Part shown: piece by piece, positions 31,459-44,500 of the stretch
How positions within the stretch are numbered: the first letter of the stretch is position 1
How the letters are laid out: each line of letters starts with the position of its first letter
Assembly: GCA_040182905.1 (NCBI GenBank)
Contig: JARQWU010000011.1
Location: 62,001-126,000, forward strand
Source: Barthelona sp. PAP020
Taxonomy: Eukaryota
Length of the DNA: 64,000 nt
Direction: 5' to 3'
The notes under the pieces: model-generated
Told to the model about the DNA's origin: nothing
What the model saw: the letters and a program-made list of their open reading frames with translations, nothing else
Databases searched by the model: none
Position numbers and translations under genes: made by a program

Positions 31459-34400
31459 ATGACAACAAATGAAATGATAACAACCAGTTTTGAACAACAA
31501 CAAAAGTTATTGAATTTGATAACAGCTAAAAATATTCAAAAACCGTCATGGTTGAAGAAGGTTCCAAGAATTAAAGATTTTGAAAAGGATGAAATAGATT
31601 TTGAATCATCACAAAGATTAATATCCACACAAAATATTCCTGAATTGACTAATATTCAAGATGATATTTTTAATATGCCATTGAAAAAGTATTTACAACG
31701 TAATTTCAAACATGAATTTTGTAAAAAGATATTTGATTCAAAGGAAGAAGAAGATTTTGAAGATTCAATGGTCATAAAAGCTGTTACATTCAAGGATTAT
31801 TTGAAGATGCGTGAAAAAAGATTAAAAGAATTGAATATGGTTGAAATAACGCTTGAAGATCAAATGAACTTTGATTATGATGTTGAGTATTTGAATGACA
31901 TGTGGTTAGAAGAGACCATTGAAAAACGTCGAGAAGAATTGGAGAATTCCAATATTTCAGATCGTTTGTTCTCTGTGTCTGAGAGTCTAAACCATGTCAA
32001 GCATTTTTACAGCATTTTCCTCAAGAACCACTTGGTTAAAGTTTCCAAGACTCAAACACAAAACTTGAACAATTGGAAACAATATTCTCACAAAATGGCT
32101 GAACGATGCAGCAAGCAGAAGAGTAAGTTGAAGAATAAGCACACGAAAGAAGCAGTGAACAAAAGTAAAAAGTTGGTGAAAGAGATGTACTCCTATTTAA
32201 AAGTCAATGCCAGACAATTATATGAAGTGCGTAAGGCTACTCAAAGCAAAGAATCATTAGATAAAAAGCAAGAGGAAGAGGATCGTGAAAAAAAACGTGA
32301 TGAGAGGAAACTTAATTTCTTGTTGAGCCATTGTGAAATTTACAGCCATTTTATGCAAAACGGTATTCCTGAAGATATACAAAGGGCTCTTGATCAGAAA
32401 CAAAAGTCAGAATCTGAGATTAACTTTGATGATGAAAATTATGATGAGGAAAGAGCGCGTGAAATAGCCTCTACAGCTGCAGCAAATGCTCTAAAGGAAA
32501 GTATGGTTCGATACAATGTTGGGGCTCCTCGATCAGATGCTACAAAACAAAAACATGAGGAAAATACAGTTGAGTCTTCAGCCCAACCTGAAACAGAAGT
32601 ATTTCAACCCAATATTCTTCAGGGAACATTAAAACAATATCAACTTGAAGGACTTAGCTGGTTAGTAAACCTTTATAACAATGGAATCAATGGAATACTT
32701 GCAGATGATATGGGTCTTGGAAAGACAGTGCAAACAATTGCTTTTATGGCTCATCTTGCAGAAACAAATGGAACATGGGGTCCTTTTTTGGTCATTACGC
32801 CTAAAGGTACGTTGCATAATTGGGAAGCAGAAATTTCAAGGTTCTGTCCTTCATTTAAAATTATCCCTTACTGGGGTGGTCCAAACGATAGAAAGATTCT
32901 TCGATCTACTTTATACAGTGGTGGGGTTGGCTCAATGAATGGGGGATTTCATGTTTGTATAACTAATTATGAATTAGCTGTGTGTGATGAGAAATATTTA
33001 AAAAAAATTCGCTGGGAATACATGCTATTAGATGAAGCACAGGCTATCAAATCTTATGCAGGAAAGAGATTTCAATCTTTATTGAATTATCCTTGCAGAA
33101 ATCGTCTTTTGTTAACTGGTACACCTGTTCAAAATAATATGGCTGAATTATGGGCATTATTGCACTTTATCATGCCTACACTTTTTGATAGTCACAATGA
33201 GTTCAACAACTGGTTTTCTAAAGGAGTTGAATCTAGTGCTATGGACAAAGGAAACTTATCCACACACATGTTAAATAGATTACAGACCATTTTGAAGCCA
33301 TTTATGCTTCGTCGAACAAAATTAGAGGTTCAGAAGCAGTTGGGTGACAAGATAGAAGTGGTTGTCAAATGCGATTTGTCTCGAAAACAACAAAGCCTTT
33401 ATCGAACCATTCGTTCAAGGCTTTCAATTGATAACGTGATTGCAGGAACAATGGGTGAAAATAGTGATACCCTTTATAATATCGTCATGCAATTTAGAAA
33501 GGTATGCAATCACCCTGCATTGTTTGAGAGTGTGGAGACCCATACCCCTTGGAATATGGTATCTTTTAACACGGATTTTGCTCATTCACAGATTAGTGAG
33601 TATTTGGATTTATACCCTTCGAATAATGGTCTTATTCCCTTGAAATTTCCCGCTTGTACTTTGTTAGATGTTTTTTCTGATCTCTTTGTTACCAAGCATG
33701 ATCAAGTTGTCAATTTGCCTGAAATATTCAGCGCTTGGGGATCGTTACCTTCTTTAACAGACAAAAACTTCTCTTATTTTTACTGGTCCGTTCAGCAAAT
33801 GAGAAAATTAATAGAATTAGCAATTGTTCACAGTGAAGTATACGGTCGAGATTATGTTCAAGCTATCAATATGCTGCCTTCCCTTTTTTACAGGCATAAA
33901 ATATTCAAAAAGTTTGGTCAAACTTTGTGCTCACTTGTTTTCAAATTTGCCAGTGTTTATGACAATTGTGCTACTTATATATGTGGAGTCACATCGCCTG
34001 TTCCTACCCCTATTGTTTCTTCAAGACTTTATGCCCCGTATTTGGAAACATTGCCAGACCTTCACATCCCTGTGGAAACCAGAGAATTGATGATGGATGC
34101 ACTTCAGTTCACAAGATACACATCATTAGTTCCTATTAGATTACCTAGTCTTTCTTCTTTGCTGTCTTGGTCTGGAAAGATGCGTACTCTGGATATCTTG
34201 TTAGAAAGACTTAAAACTGATGGTCACAGATGTTTGCTCTATTCTCAAATGACTAAAATGATTGACATCATTGAAGTTTATCTGTTATTGAGAGGATATG
34301 TGTATATCAAGTTTGATGGGCGTAATTCAGTGGAAGAAAGGCGTGACTTAATACATAAATTTCAACATGACCCAGAAGTGTTTGTGTTTTTGTTATCTAC

Positions 34401-34797
34401 AAGAGCAGGTTCTTTAGGTATTAATCTGACAGCCGCAGATACAGTTATTTTTTATGATTCTGATTGGAATCCTACAGTTGATAGACAAGCCATGGACAGA
34501 GCACATAGATTAGGACAAACAAAACAGGTTACTGTATATCGATTGATAACAAGAAATACTGTTGATGAAAAAATTTTACAAAAGGCTCGACAGAAAGATC
34601 GAATGCAAACTATTGTCATGAAATCAAAATCAGTTTCGGATGAATCAATGAATGATGATGATATGCAAAATTTATTGAATGAAGATGACAGTGTGGATAT
34701 TGTTTTTGATGATGAAGAGGTTGATTATTTACCTGCTTTGGAACCATTGAAAAAAATTTATGATTTTTCACCCGCAATTATTGAAACTATAAATTAA
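31459..34797 (+). CDS. INO80: Chromatin-remodelling ATPase INO80
   Basis: DBINO-like RKLNFLLSHCEIYSHF, GILADDMGLGKT, DEAQAIK, split ATPase, QAMDRAHRLGQ. Confidence 0.9.
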   Translation: MTTNEMITTSFEQQQKLLNLITAKNIQKPSWLKKVPRIKDFEKDEIDFESSQRLISTQNIPELTNIQDDIFNMPLKKYLQRNFKHEFCKKIFDSKEEEDFEDSMVIKAVTFKDYLKMREKRLKELNMVEITLEDQMNFDYDVEYLNDMWLEETIEKRREELENSNISDRLFSVSESLNHVKHFYSIFLKNHLVKVSKTQTQNLNNWKQYSHKMAERCSKQKSKLKNKHTKEAVNKSKKLVKEMYSYLKVNARQLYEVRKATQSKESLDKKQEEEDREKKRDERKLNFLLSHCEIYSHFMQNGIPEDIQRALDQKQKSESEINFDDENYDEERAREIASTAAANALKESMVRYNVGAPRSDATKQKHEENTVESSAQPETEVFQPNILQGTLKQYQLEGLSWLVNLYNNGINGILADDMGLGKTVQTIAFMAHLAETNGTWGPFLVITPKGTLHNWEAEISRFCPSFKIIPYWGGPNDRKILRSTLYSGGVGSMNGGFHVCITNYELAVCDEKYLKKIRWEYMLLDEAQAIKSYAGKRFQSLLNYPCRNRLLLTGTPVQNNMAELWALLHFIMPTLFDSHNEFNNWFSKGVESSAMDKGNLSTHMLNRLQTILKPFMLRRTKLEVQKQLGDKIEVVVKCDLSRKQQSLYRTIRSRLSIDNVIAGTMGENSDTLYNIVMQFRKVCNHPALFESVETHTPWNMVSFNTDFAHSQISEYLDLYPSNNGLIPLKFPACTLLDVFSDLFVTKHDQVVNLPEIFSAWGSLPSLTDKNFSYFYWSVQQMRKLIELAIVHSEVYGRDYVQAINMLPSLFYRHKIFKKFGQTLCSLVFKFASVYDNCATYICGVTSPVPTPIVSSRLYAPYLETLPDLHIPVETRELMMDALQFTRYTSLVPIRLPSLSSLLSWSGKMRTLDILLERLKTDGHRCLLYSQMTKMIDIIEVYLLLRGYVYIKFDGRNSVEERRDLIHKFQHDPEVFVFLLSTRAGSLGINLTAADTVIFYDSDWNPTVDRQAMDRAHRLGQTKQVTVYRLITRNTVDEKILQKARQKDRMQTIVMKSKSVSDESMNDDDMQNLLNEDDSVDIVFDDEEVDYLPALEPLKKIYDFSPAIIETIN

Positions 34798-34935
34798 ATG
34801 AGTTTTTCTTTTTTCTACCATTATTTTGGGCTATTTGTGTGTTGTTTAATGATAAAATGTTGCTAAAGTTAATTTGTTGAAAACAAAGAACAAAATAAAA
34901 TTGGACTTTGAAATCAAATTTTTTTTATATAATTT

Positions 34936-36873
34936 ATGGACGATAAGACAATTCTTTCATACCTAAATTCTGATCCCCTCAACCTTAATTTGAATTTATT
35001 TGAATTTGGTGACCGAGATGGAAATGGTTTATTTCAATTGTTTGTTCAAATAATGGGAATTATTTCCCCAGATGAAATATCTCAAGTTTTAACATTAACA
35101 GGTAGTAGTCGAGCTCAGAGATTGTATGAAACTTTGGAATTAATAGAATTTCCAATGATACAAGATCCAGAACTTTTGCCCAATATTCAAAAGGTAAATC
35201 GAGATACTTTTAGAGAAATTATTGCATGGACTGCATCCAATGCCAGAATGATACCTCAAATGTTGTATGATAACAAATTTTTGGGAGCTCCCAGAATTCC
35301 TACATCTTTTAGACAAGCTACTGGCATACCAGAGATTATTGAACAATTATTGGCCGCTCAAGATGAATTAAGAACACTAATAGCAAGAGAAGAAGAAATA
35401 AAGGATCTTTACAAAGATCCACAACAATTAAATAGGGAGATTAATGCATTAGAAGATGAAGTTGATTTATTGACAACACAAGTGAATGCTAAAAAGAAAG
35501 AAATGGATAAAATGTCTGTTCCTGAACCATTTATTACACAAGCTAGTCTTCTAACTGCAGCAAAACAAAAGCATATTAAAACTTTGACATCAAAAACAAC
35601 ACAAATTGCAAAATATGAAGATGCTCAAAAAAGATTAACAAGAGCACAAGAATTGAGATCAAATCTTCCGACTTCTGTTCCTTCTGCTGATGAGGCAATC
35701 AGCTCACTTGAAAAAGAGATTATGTCGATGGAGAATCGACTTAATGTTGAATTCCCTGAGCAAAGAGAAAAACTTGCAAAGAAATTACAGGGAATTTCTC
35801 AACCTATCAACGAAGAACTAATTAATGAATTGAAGAAGAAATTTTTGACGTTAAAGGGTATAAAGAAGATACTTGATCAAGATGAAAGTATCAAACAACT
35901 GAATCAAGCAAGTGATGAATGTGATGTTAAGATTGCCAAGTCAAACTCAAAAATGGTTAAATATCGCGAAGCTAAAATGTTGTTATTGATGGAATTGGAG
36001 AAGTTTGCTGGCAGTGATTCTCAAATGTCTCCGGAAGAACTTCAAAAGCGTTTATTGAAATTGAAACAAGGTAAACAAGAAGGTCGAGAAAAGAACGCCA
36101 AACTTAAATACTTGAGTGCAGATGTAAAAATTTTAACTGATACTTTGGCTGTAATTAAGACTGCTGTTCCCAATGCAGCAAAGATTTTGGAAGCTGCTAA
36201 TTTGAGTCTTGGTGGCATGTTTGCAACTGCTGCTCAATTGGAAGATGCATCTAAAAAGAAAGCAGATGCAGATAAAAAGAAATCAGATGTATTGGCTGAG
36301 CATTCAGCGATTGTTGAAGAGATCAATCGACAAGTGAAAATAAAGAAAGAAGAACTAAAGCCAAAGACTCAACAGTTGTCGAAACTTCGTGCTGAATTGA
36401 ATGAGTTGAAAGAAAAATTGAAGAAAAGACACAAAGTATATTCGACAGTCATGACAAAGGGTGATTCTGGGCAAGAAGTTGAAGAAGCAAAGAAGAAAAT
36501 AAACACTAGTCTTGATTTAGAAAGAAAATATCATTACACAAATGCAAAGATGTTTATTGATAGTTTGAACATCATTGAGATGGAGCATGAAATCGAATGC
36601 GAAAATCAAGTGGCAACCATCGCTGGAACCCATTCAAGAGTTGATTATCTAAAGAACAAACTTGAATCAGAAGAGGAACAATTCCATGAGTTAAAGACGC
36701 TGAATAGTGACTTGAACCATTCTACTGAACCTAACATGATTCAAATGAGGTATTTTGAAACTGCCAATGATTTAATCAAAGCTAAATTAGATGTTGTCAA
36801 TAAGGAAGAAATAGCCTTGGCTGAGGAAGAACGAGCTGGTGGATTTGATCGTTTGGTTGTTATGCAACAGTAG
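34936..36873 (+). CDS. IFT81: Intraflagellar transport protein 81
   Basis: N-terminal CH-like LNSDPLNLNLNLFEF, long coiled coils, C-terminal NMIQM...GGFDRLVV. Confidence 0.8.
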   Translation: MDDKTILSYLNSDPLNLNLNLFEFGDRDGNGLFQLFVQIMGIISPDEISQVLTLTGSSRAQRLYETLELIEFPMIQDPELLPNIQKVNRDTFREIIAWTASNARMIPQMLYDNKFLGAPRIPTSFRQATGIPEIIEQLLAAQDELRTLIAREEEIKDLYKDPQQLNREINALEDEVDLLTTQVNAKKKEMDKMSVPEPFITQASLLTAAKQKHIKTLTSKTTQIAKYEDAQKRLTRAQELRSNLPTSVPSADEAISSLEKEIMSMENRLNVEFPEQREKLAKKLQGISQPINEELINELKKKFLTLKGIKKILDQDESIKQLNQASDECDVKIAKSNSKMVKYREAKMLLLMELEKFAGSDSQMSPEELQKRLLKLKQGKQEGREKNAKLKYLSADVKILTDTLAVIKTAVPNAAKILEAANLSLGGMFATAAQLEDASKKKADADKKKSDVLAEHSAIVEEINRQVKIKKEELKPKTQQLSKLRAELNELKEKLKKRHKVYSTVMTKGDSGQEVEEAKKKINTSLDLERKYHYTNAKMFIDSLNIIEMEHEIECENQVATIAGTHSRVDYLKNKLESEEEQFHELKTLNSDLNHSTEPNMIQMRYFETANDLIKAKLDVVNKEEIALAEEERAGGFDRLVVMQQ

Positions 36874-37218
36874 TTTTTTAGGTTTGGTTTCATTTTTTTG
36901 TCAAATTGTTTGTAAAGTGCTTAAGAATTGATTTTTCTTTTATTTAAACATGATTAAGTGTTCAAAATTGTTTGAAACTCTTCCAAATGCCATTTTTTAA
37001 AGCAATATTTTGGACTTGAAAATACTGATTTCAGATTATTATACATACCATTTTTATATCTGCTTCAATCAATTGGATGTATTTCAAAATTTGGGTTTCA
37101 TTCTTGAGCTATTTATAAAATCTCTATTTTTATCTTGTCTGAAAGAACAAGTAATTGTTCAACAATATATGGAAAATGAAAGTATAAAACGGTTCAGTCA
37201 AAGATATTGATAACCAAA

Positions 37219-38310
37219 ATGGGATTTGTTAAATTTGTTATTTTTTTGATAATGGGTTGTGTTGGAAGTTTTGAAGATGATGTTTTACACCATAATCCAA
37301 TAAAAAAAGATGCAAGCGATAAAATTCCGGAAAATTTTGATGCTACAGATTCGGCCATTTTAAAATTTGTCCATGAGTTTATTTTATTTATTGATTCTTC
37401 ACCAGAGGATATTTTAGTCAATAGCATTACGAATTTTATTTCCATAAATTTGAAAGTTCCCATATTAAAAGAATATTACATAGCTTTTTTTCATTTGCAA
37501 TTAAATAATTGTGTTGAGATTACTAAAAACAGGGCTTTTGATACAATCAGAAAGCTGACAGATGGAAATGAGATTGTTTTATCCCTTGAAATTATTTTTG
37601 GTAAAGTAGATTTTGTCAATGGGATTTTTGAAAAATATGCTGATGAAGATGGTATGGATTTTGAAAGTTTCAGGGCATTTATTTTGGCTTTAGTCCCCAC
37701 TGATCTTGATAGTAATCGAATTTATGAAATTTTTATGGAATTTGATAAAGATGGAAATGAACATTTGGATGCAAATGAGATTGGCACGCTTTTTAAAAAG
37801 CTTCGAGTTCTTTTGTATTATCCTCATTTTGAAAAAGTCTGCAAAGGTGATACATCAGTGAATGGTGTTTTAAATGCTGCTTTTCGTAAAAAAATCAGAC
37901 CCCTTGTATTGAATGATGCCATTCAACAGAGTTTGATAAAATGCACTCGAGGCAAGTTAATCACAACTACCAATTTCAGGGAAGTCCTGGATTATGTTTC
38001 TTCTTCTGATATTATAAACGATGTTGAAAAATATATTGAAGGACAAATTGTTGATGCTTATCAATATTTGGGTTATTCTTCATTAAAAGTCCCATATGAT
38101 TACGCTCATCGTGTTTTAGTGATTTTATTGGGGAAAAGAGCATCGGAAAAAGTTCTCACAAAAAATGGAAATTATGATAAATTGTTTAGTAAATTAGATC
38201 AAAATGATGATGATAATTTGGATTTTCATGAGATAAAAACATTGTTTATGGATCATTGGGGCATGAATTTGATAAATTCTTTGCTTATTATTTTTGGAGT
38301 TCAGAATTGA
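37219..38310 (+). CDS. EF-hand protein with predicted signal peptide
   Basis: Hydrophobic N-terminus MGFVKFVIFLIMGCVG; EF loops DKDGNEHLDANE and DQNDDDNLDFHE. Confidence 0.7.
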   Translation: MGFVKFVIFLIMGCVGSFEDDVLHHNPIKKDASDKIPENFDATDSAILKFVHEFILFIDSSPEDILVNSITNFISINLKVPILKEYYIAFFHLQLNNCVEITKNRAFDTIRKLTDGNEIVLSLEIIFGKVDFVNGIFEKYADEDGMDFESFRAFILALVPTDLDSNRIYEIFMEFDKDGNEHLDANEIGTLFKKLRVLLYYPHFEKVCKGDTSVNGVLNAAFRKKIRPLVLNDAIQQSLIKCTRGKLITTTNFREVLDYVSSSDIINDVEKYIEGQIVDAYQYLGYSSLKVPYDYAHRVLVILLGKRASEKVLTKNGNYDKLFSKLDQNDDDNLDFHEIKTLFMDHWGMNLINSLLIIFGVQN

Positions 38311-38584
38311 TTGTTTTCCTTTTTTTTTGTAAATAAATATTTCTCTTTATTATTTAATGCTTAAAATAAAAAAAGAAAACAACTATTTCATTGTATAATT
38401 GGTTAAAAATGAAAAGAAACAATTTTTTAAAATATATTTTGAACACACAAACATAAAGCAATTGAAAATTTAAAATGATTCAAAAGAAAGAAGCAGAGAA
38501 AAAAAATGAATAGCAATCAATCAAACAAATTCAAGTTTTTTAATTTAGTGACATTCCATTTGATATGAAAATAATTTTATTAAT

Positions 38585-41500
38585 ATGTTAGAAATAACAG
38601 CTTTAGGTTTAGTTTTTACAATTTGGTTACTTTTAGACAGTATATTTGAGAGATTGACTAATATTCACAGATATACATTAACCTATTTAAAAAGCAAAAG
38701 GTTATTAACTATAATGATAATATTATGTATTATTTTAATTGTATTAGAAGTTTTTTGTGAGTATATTTTTCTACCGAGTCAATATTTTGGAATATTCAAA
38801 TATTTTATGTTATTTTTATTATTATTAATTGTTTATATAAATAAATTAATACATATTTATCAATCTACCATCCCGAATAAAATACATTTTGGAATAATAT
38901 ATTTTTTTGAAGCGGTTACGAATTTATTTCCATTTTTATTTAATTTAATTTATCACAAAGGTGTATATTCAACACATTTGACTGTGTTTTTGCCCTATTA
39001 TTTTTTATCATATAAAAAAAGAATTTATTTAGATGTCTATCCCAAAACTGATATAAATAGAGTTGTAAGTCATCTTATTTTTGAGATGAATGAGACAAAC
39101 GGTGAAAAAACGATAATAATTGGACGAAAAATACCATGGTTTTCTTTCATATCTTTACATCTTGGGATTATTTTTTTTTGTATGTTTTATTCATACATAT
39201 ACAATGATACGTCAATATTTTTTGATGTTATATTACACTTTTTCTTTGAAATAATCATGGTATTGATGCCATTTCAATCAAAGTTGAAACAAATCTTTTT
39301 GATTCAGTCCATTTATTGTGCAATTATCATGCTATTATATGTTTTTGGTGAAGCATACAAAGAATTCATCATTGATTTTATTTTTTTCATGTTATTGTCC
39401 GTTAATTGCATTCTTATTTATAGAGTTAAAGAAAACACTGAAAAAGAGCTTGATTTTTTCAACAAACGAACTTTTAAAGTGGAAATCAGAAGACCTTTAG
39501 CTATCTTTGAGATCAAATGGCTTGGCAAATCAAGGGCTAGATGCTTTTATTTTGTGACCATCTTATCTTTTATCTTTCACATACTTTCTAAGCATTTATT
39601 TCATTATTTTTATAAAGATACAGGTCATATTGATTGGCAGTTCTTTCATTATGGTTTAGCTTTGTATTTGTATGTTATTGTTTGTTATCGAATATTTAAA
39701 CGCTTAAGGCGAGTGAAAATGATGAAAAATAAAAGAAATTTCTTCTTTGATCTTCAATTGATTGATATTGATAAGGAAGAAACAAAAGATTTCACCAATA
39801 ACAACAACAGGAGTAGTATAAATACGGTAAATGGCATGAACTTAGCGTCACAAGGTCAATCACGTCTTACTTCTTTCAAAACTAATGATCATGTTGATAA
39901 TAACGAATTTATTTTTGGAAATAATGGGAATAGTGGGAATAGTTTTGATAAAGGTATTGAAACTGTTGAAACTATGAATGAAGCCCATGACCATGACCAT
40001 ATGATATTGCTTCAATCCTCTTTACAATCACCAACTCACTCAAATTACACACCAAAATTTTTAAAAGGTATCAAAGACATGATGTTAACTTCAAAAGATA
40101 TTAATGATATTGGAAATATTGAGGAAGGAGAACAATTTATTACAGATATGATGAAAAATACGTTGATACAGTTGTTGATATTTATCTTGGTTATGTTTAT
40201 TGTATTTCTAGCAGTCTGTTATGTTTTTTTTGGAAACATATTTGGTCATTTACTTTTTTGTTATTTATTAGGGAATATGGTAATTCTTCAAGTAATTTTG
40301 CAAATTTTTTCTGATATATATCAAACTCAACCTTTTAAATATCAACTTATTCGTAAGTTTATATTTTCCTTTCGTGACATCTTTACTTTTTTATATGTTC
40401 TTAGTTATATTGGTTTAAATATCAATATAGTTATTTTAGATTATAAGAATTATGAATTTGTTATTATTTATTTATTACCTTTTGCAAATTTATTGATATA
40501 TATCAAGAATCAAATTTTCCTAAGAGATTTGTGTGAAAATAGGATGAAAATGGAAGAAATTTCTTGGAATGCTAGTATTTTAACTTATTTAGCTGTAATA
40601 AGTTATGAAAAAAGTATCAAAAATTATTGTGGTATTTTTATTATGGATTATTGCTATACTATAACATGTTTTTATTTAATTTTTTTCACTTTAGTATATA
40701 GTTATCTTTTTGCTAAAAATAGCTTGAAAAAAACATTGATCAAATTATCCATTTATCAAATATTAGGTACAATCATTATTTTATTGCAAAAAAAAGACGA
40801 TTTGGATTCAAAATTATTTTTTCTTTTTTATTTCTTTTTTTTCGTCTTAATCTTTTTTATTCCTATTTATTTAATATCTGTATATTATAAACGTCGAAAT
40901 AATATTATTGTTAATTTTGTTTCAACTGTCACATATTTACAAATTTTCTTTTTGATATCCTTTATATATTTCTTCTTCTTTATCTTATTCTTTGTCGATA
41001 ATATAATCATTTTTGTTGAAGTAATGAAATATTTCGAATTTTTTTGTATTATTTTCATGTTTTTACTCATCATTATATATTTATCTTTTTTTCAAATCAA
41101 TTTGCAGCTATTTCAAACAAATTCTTTCATTTCTTTCAAATATTTCTTATCTAACACTTTAATCTTGGATGAGACCTTGAAAGAATTGTATAAGAGGTTA
41201 TTATCTTTAATCTTTTACTATTTTGAAAATTTATGCAATATTTTATTGTTTTTATATACTATTATGCCTAATATCATTACTTTGAGTGTTTATATTCTGT
41301 TTAAAATGGGTTATACTAATCGTATTGAACATGTAGATGAACATGCAAAGTATTTATTAGCAGAATCAATAAATTGTATTGATGTTGATGCATTGACAAC
41401 TATTTTAGAGAAAAATATGAATTATGACATCAAATCTATCAAAGAACAATATGTTACAAGACCAAACTTTTACGAACAATTCAAAAAATTTGAATTTAAT

Positions 41501-44500
41501 GAATTTTTTGATATATTTCATCCCAAGATTGATTTTTCCACTTTAAGTATTTGTTCTTTGATTAATTTTCCATTTTTAAGATTAATTGATGCTTTCAATA
41601 GAGTTCAAAAGACAGATAAGAATAAACAATTTTTGATTCGTCAAGAAATTGAATTGATGTTTGTTAGAGCGTTAAAAAATGATATCTATATATATATTCA
41701 ATGTTTAAACATCATCTTTCTAAATTCTCAAAATAGAAAGAAATTAATTGAAAAATGGAAAGCTATGTACTATCCAATTTTTGATTTAGACTTATTAGAA
41801 AACGATGATTTCATGCAAAGTGTTGTTCTTGATCATTTTGAAGAGTTTGTGAAAAAACATGCTTTTTCTTTGATTAAAAGTGATGTATTATTTTCTTCCA
41901 ATCAGCATAAAGCAAAAGCTGTTGGTTATTTTGATATTACGGATAATGCTGATGAAGAGACCAACAATCTTCAATCTTTGCCTTTTTCAATGGTTGAAGA
42001 TGTTCAGAAGCATATCAATAATCATGTTCAGGATCATATTGTTCATGAATCACCAAAATTTCGACAAGTTTCACCAGCAAATAATGATAATAATAATGAA
42101 ATACGTAAAGGCACACCACCAATTTTGCTTGATAATATTGTTCCTTCTGTTTTATTCTTTTCTAAGGATTATAATTTACTGAATAGCCATAATCGTATTG
42201 AAACCAACTTTGTTTCTTCCTTTACTGTTTCAAATACCAGTCAAAATAATACAGGAGTGAATTCTAAGAGAAGTTCTTGCAATACACATAGTTATGTACA
42301 TGAGGATTTTGATCTTTCAACCATCACACCAGAATTAACGCCTAGTTTAACCCCAGAATTAATTCAAGACGTTGATCTAGTGCATTGTCTTGTTGAAGAC
42401 ATTGGATTAGAATCCATTTCCGAAAATTATGTTTTTGGAATTGACAAACATTTGAGCGTAAAAGGAGATGAAGATGAAGAGGTGAAAATTGTTGAAATGA
42501 ATAGTGATGATTCTATTGATTTAACTTTAGATGATTTTGAGGATAGTGAATCTATTGATGATACAGATGATGAAATGACAGAAGTAACGTCATTTGTTGA
42601 AGATTTTTTATCGGAAAGAGATAATCAAGTAATTTTTGAACAAGAAAAAAAATTGAATGGAAATTTAGGTTTGGATTCTAATTTAACCAGTTCCAGAAGA
42701 ATATCTACCAATGAATTACGGAGTAAGATCAAAGTTTTATTGATGGAGTTCGCTAGTAAACTGAGGACGGTTGCTGATATTCGAGAAAAGATTTGTGGAT
42801 TGAAAACAAAAAGTTTTAATCTTGTTTTTGAAAAAGCAATTAATTTTGAATTGGAGTTTGATTATCTAATGAAAAATATGTTATATTTATCCGATAATTA
42901 TGTTAAACAGAATGAAAGAGTGTTATTTGATGAGATAAAAGAGAAATTCCTTCGATTTAATCAACATTTTGAACGATATGTTCAAGAAGTGAATGAATTA
43001 GCAAATGATGATTCATCTGCTTTTAATCCATGGTTAATTGATCATGCTTTCAAAAATGCTGTTTTGCAATTCATCAAAATTGCTAAGAAATGTCGAGAAA
43101 AAAAAGAATTTTATGTTGATAAAGAATTCTATCATCGTAACATTATTTTAGGTGATGATTTTTATCTAAAATATTCAAAACAAGTTCATTTGATCAATCT
43201 TTTATCCTTTACAAAAGATATTATATCTCATGACCATGTCGATATGCATTTAAAACCTGGAATTATTGATTCTCCTTTATTAAGGTTTATGTTTGATACT
43301 CAAAGAATTCCACAAATTAGAGATTTATTCAAGAGTTCTATTTTAAGGTATGATTCAACCTTTGGAATTATGTTGATTCAATTATATACTCGATTTGAGC
43401 GAGTTTATTTAATTATTGATACAAATTTGTTATTTTACAAAAATACGCGAAAATTATTGTTTAGTTCTGATATTAATGAGGAGAATTATATCGTCCCCTT
43501 GCTAGAAAAGGCTTTAGCAAAGTATTATGGCAGTTATAGTAAGTTATATGAAAACATGGTGAATGAAAACTTCTTGAGGTTATTATGGGGCATACGTTTC
43601 AAAGTGATCAGTATCAATAAGATAGAAAAGGATTTGGTGATTGTTTCTCAAACTTTACAAATTTTATTTCAGATTATTCAGCATCCTTATCAATTTTTGT
43701 TGATTAAGACTAAGAGAAAATCAGATATTCTTGGTTTAGCAAATGATACTTATTTTTTTATATCTAATGGTTTCAAATCTGATCAATATCAATTATTTTA
43801 TGTTGTTCCACTTTCTACTTATGAATATGAGAAACGTATGATTGGTCTTGGACATAATGAATATCTTTCTGTAGATAATGAATCAATATCTCCAACTTCA
43901 ACGACAAAAAGGAATGATTTCAAACCATTTTCGAAATTTTCTGGGGAATTCAGGAAAGGTTCATTGGAATGGAAACCTACTTTAAAGGGTAGATTAAATA
44001 ATCAAAGTCTATCACGTTCTTCAACCGTTGCATCACTTGAAAAAAATGTTGAAATTGATTATGATGAAGAAATTACTGAAAATGTAGAAAATGAAGGTGT
44101 TTGGTTAACGTACAGAGAATTATTAAAAGTATCCAAACGATTTGTTTTATGTGACTTTTTATCTTTGATGAAAAAAGCTTCATATAATGCTGGTACCATC
44201 AATTCGAAATCTTTTTTCGATACTGATTTCTATGAACAAAAGAATTTCACTTACGATTGTTTCAAATTATTGTTTAGAAAAAAAAAGTCAAATATAGTCT
44301 TTATTGAAGTGATACAGCAGCAAGAAATTGTATTACCGCTAGTTTTAAATATTTTACAGACTTTAAGTATTAACGATAATGATTTGGAACAATATGATTT
44401 AAGTAGAGTTATTTCTATGAGCAAAAGATTTGATTCTACTAGTCGTGTAACATATTTTAGTATAAGATTATCAGATCTTGATCTTTACAGTTTTGCAATC

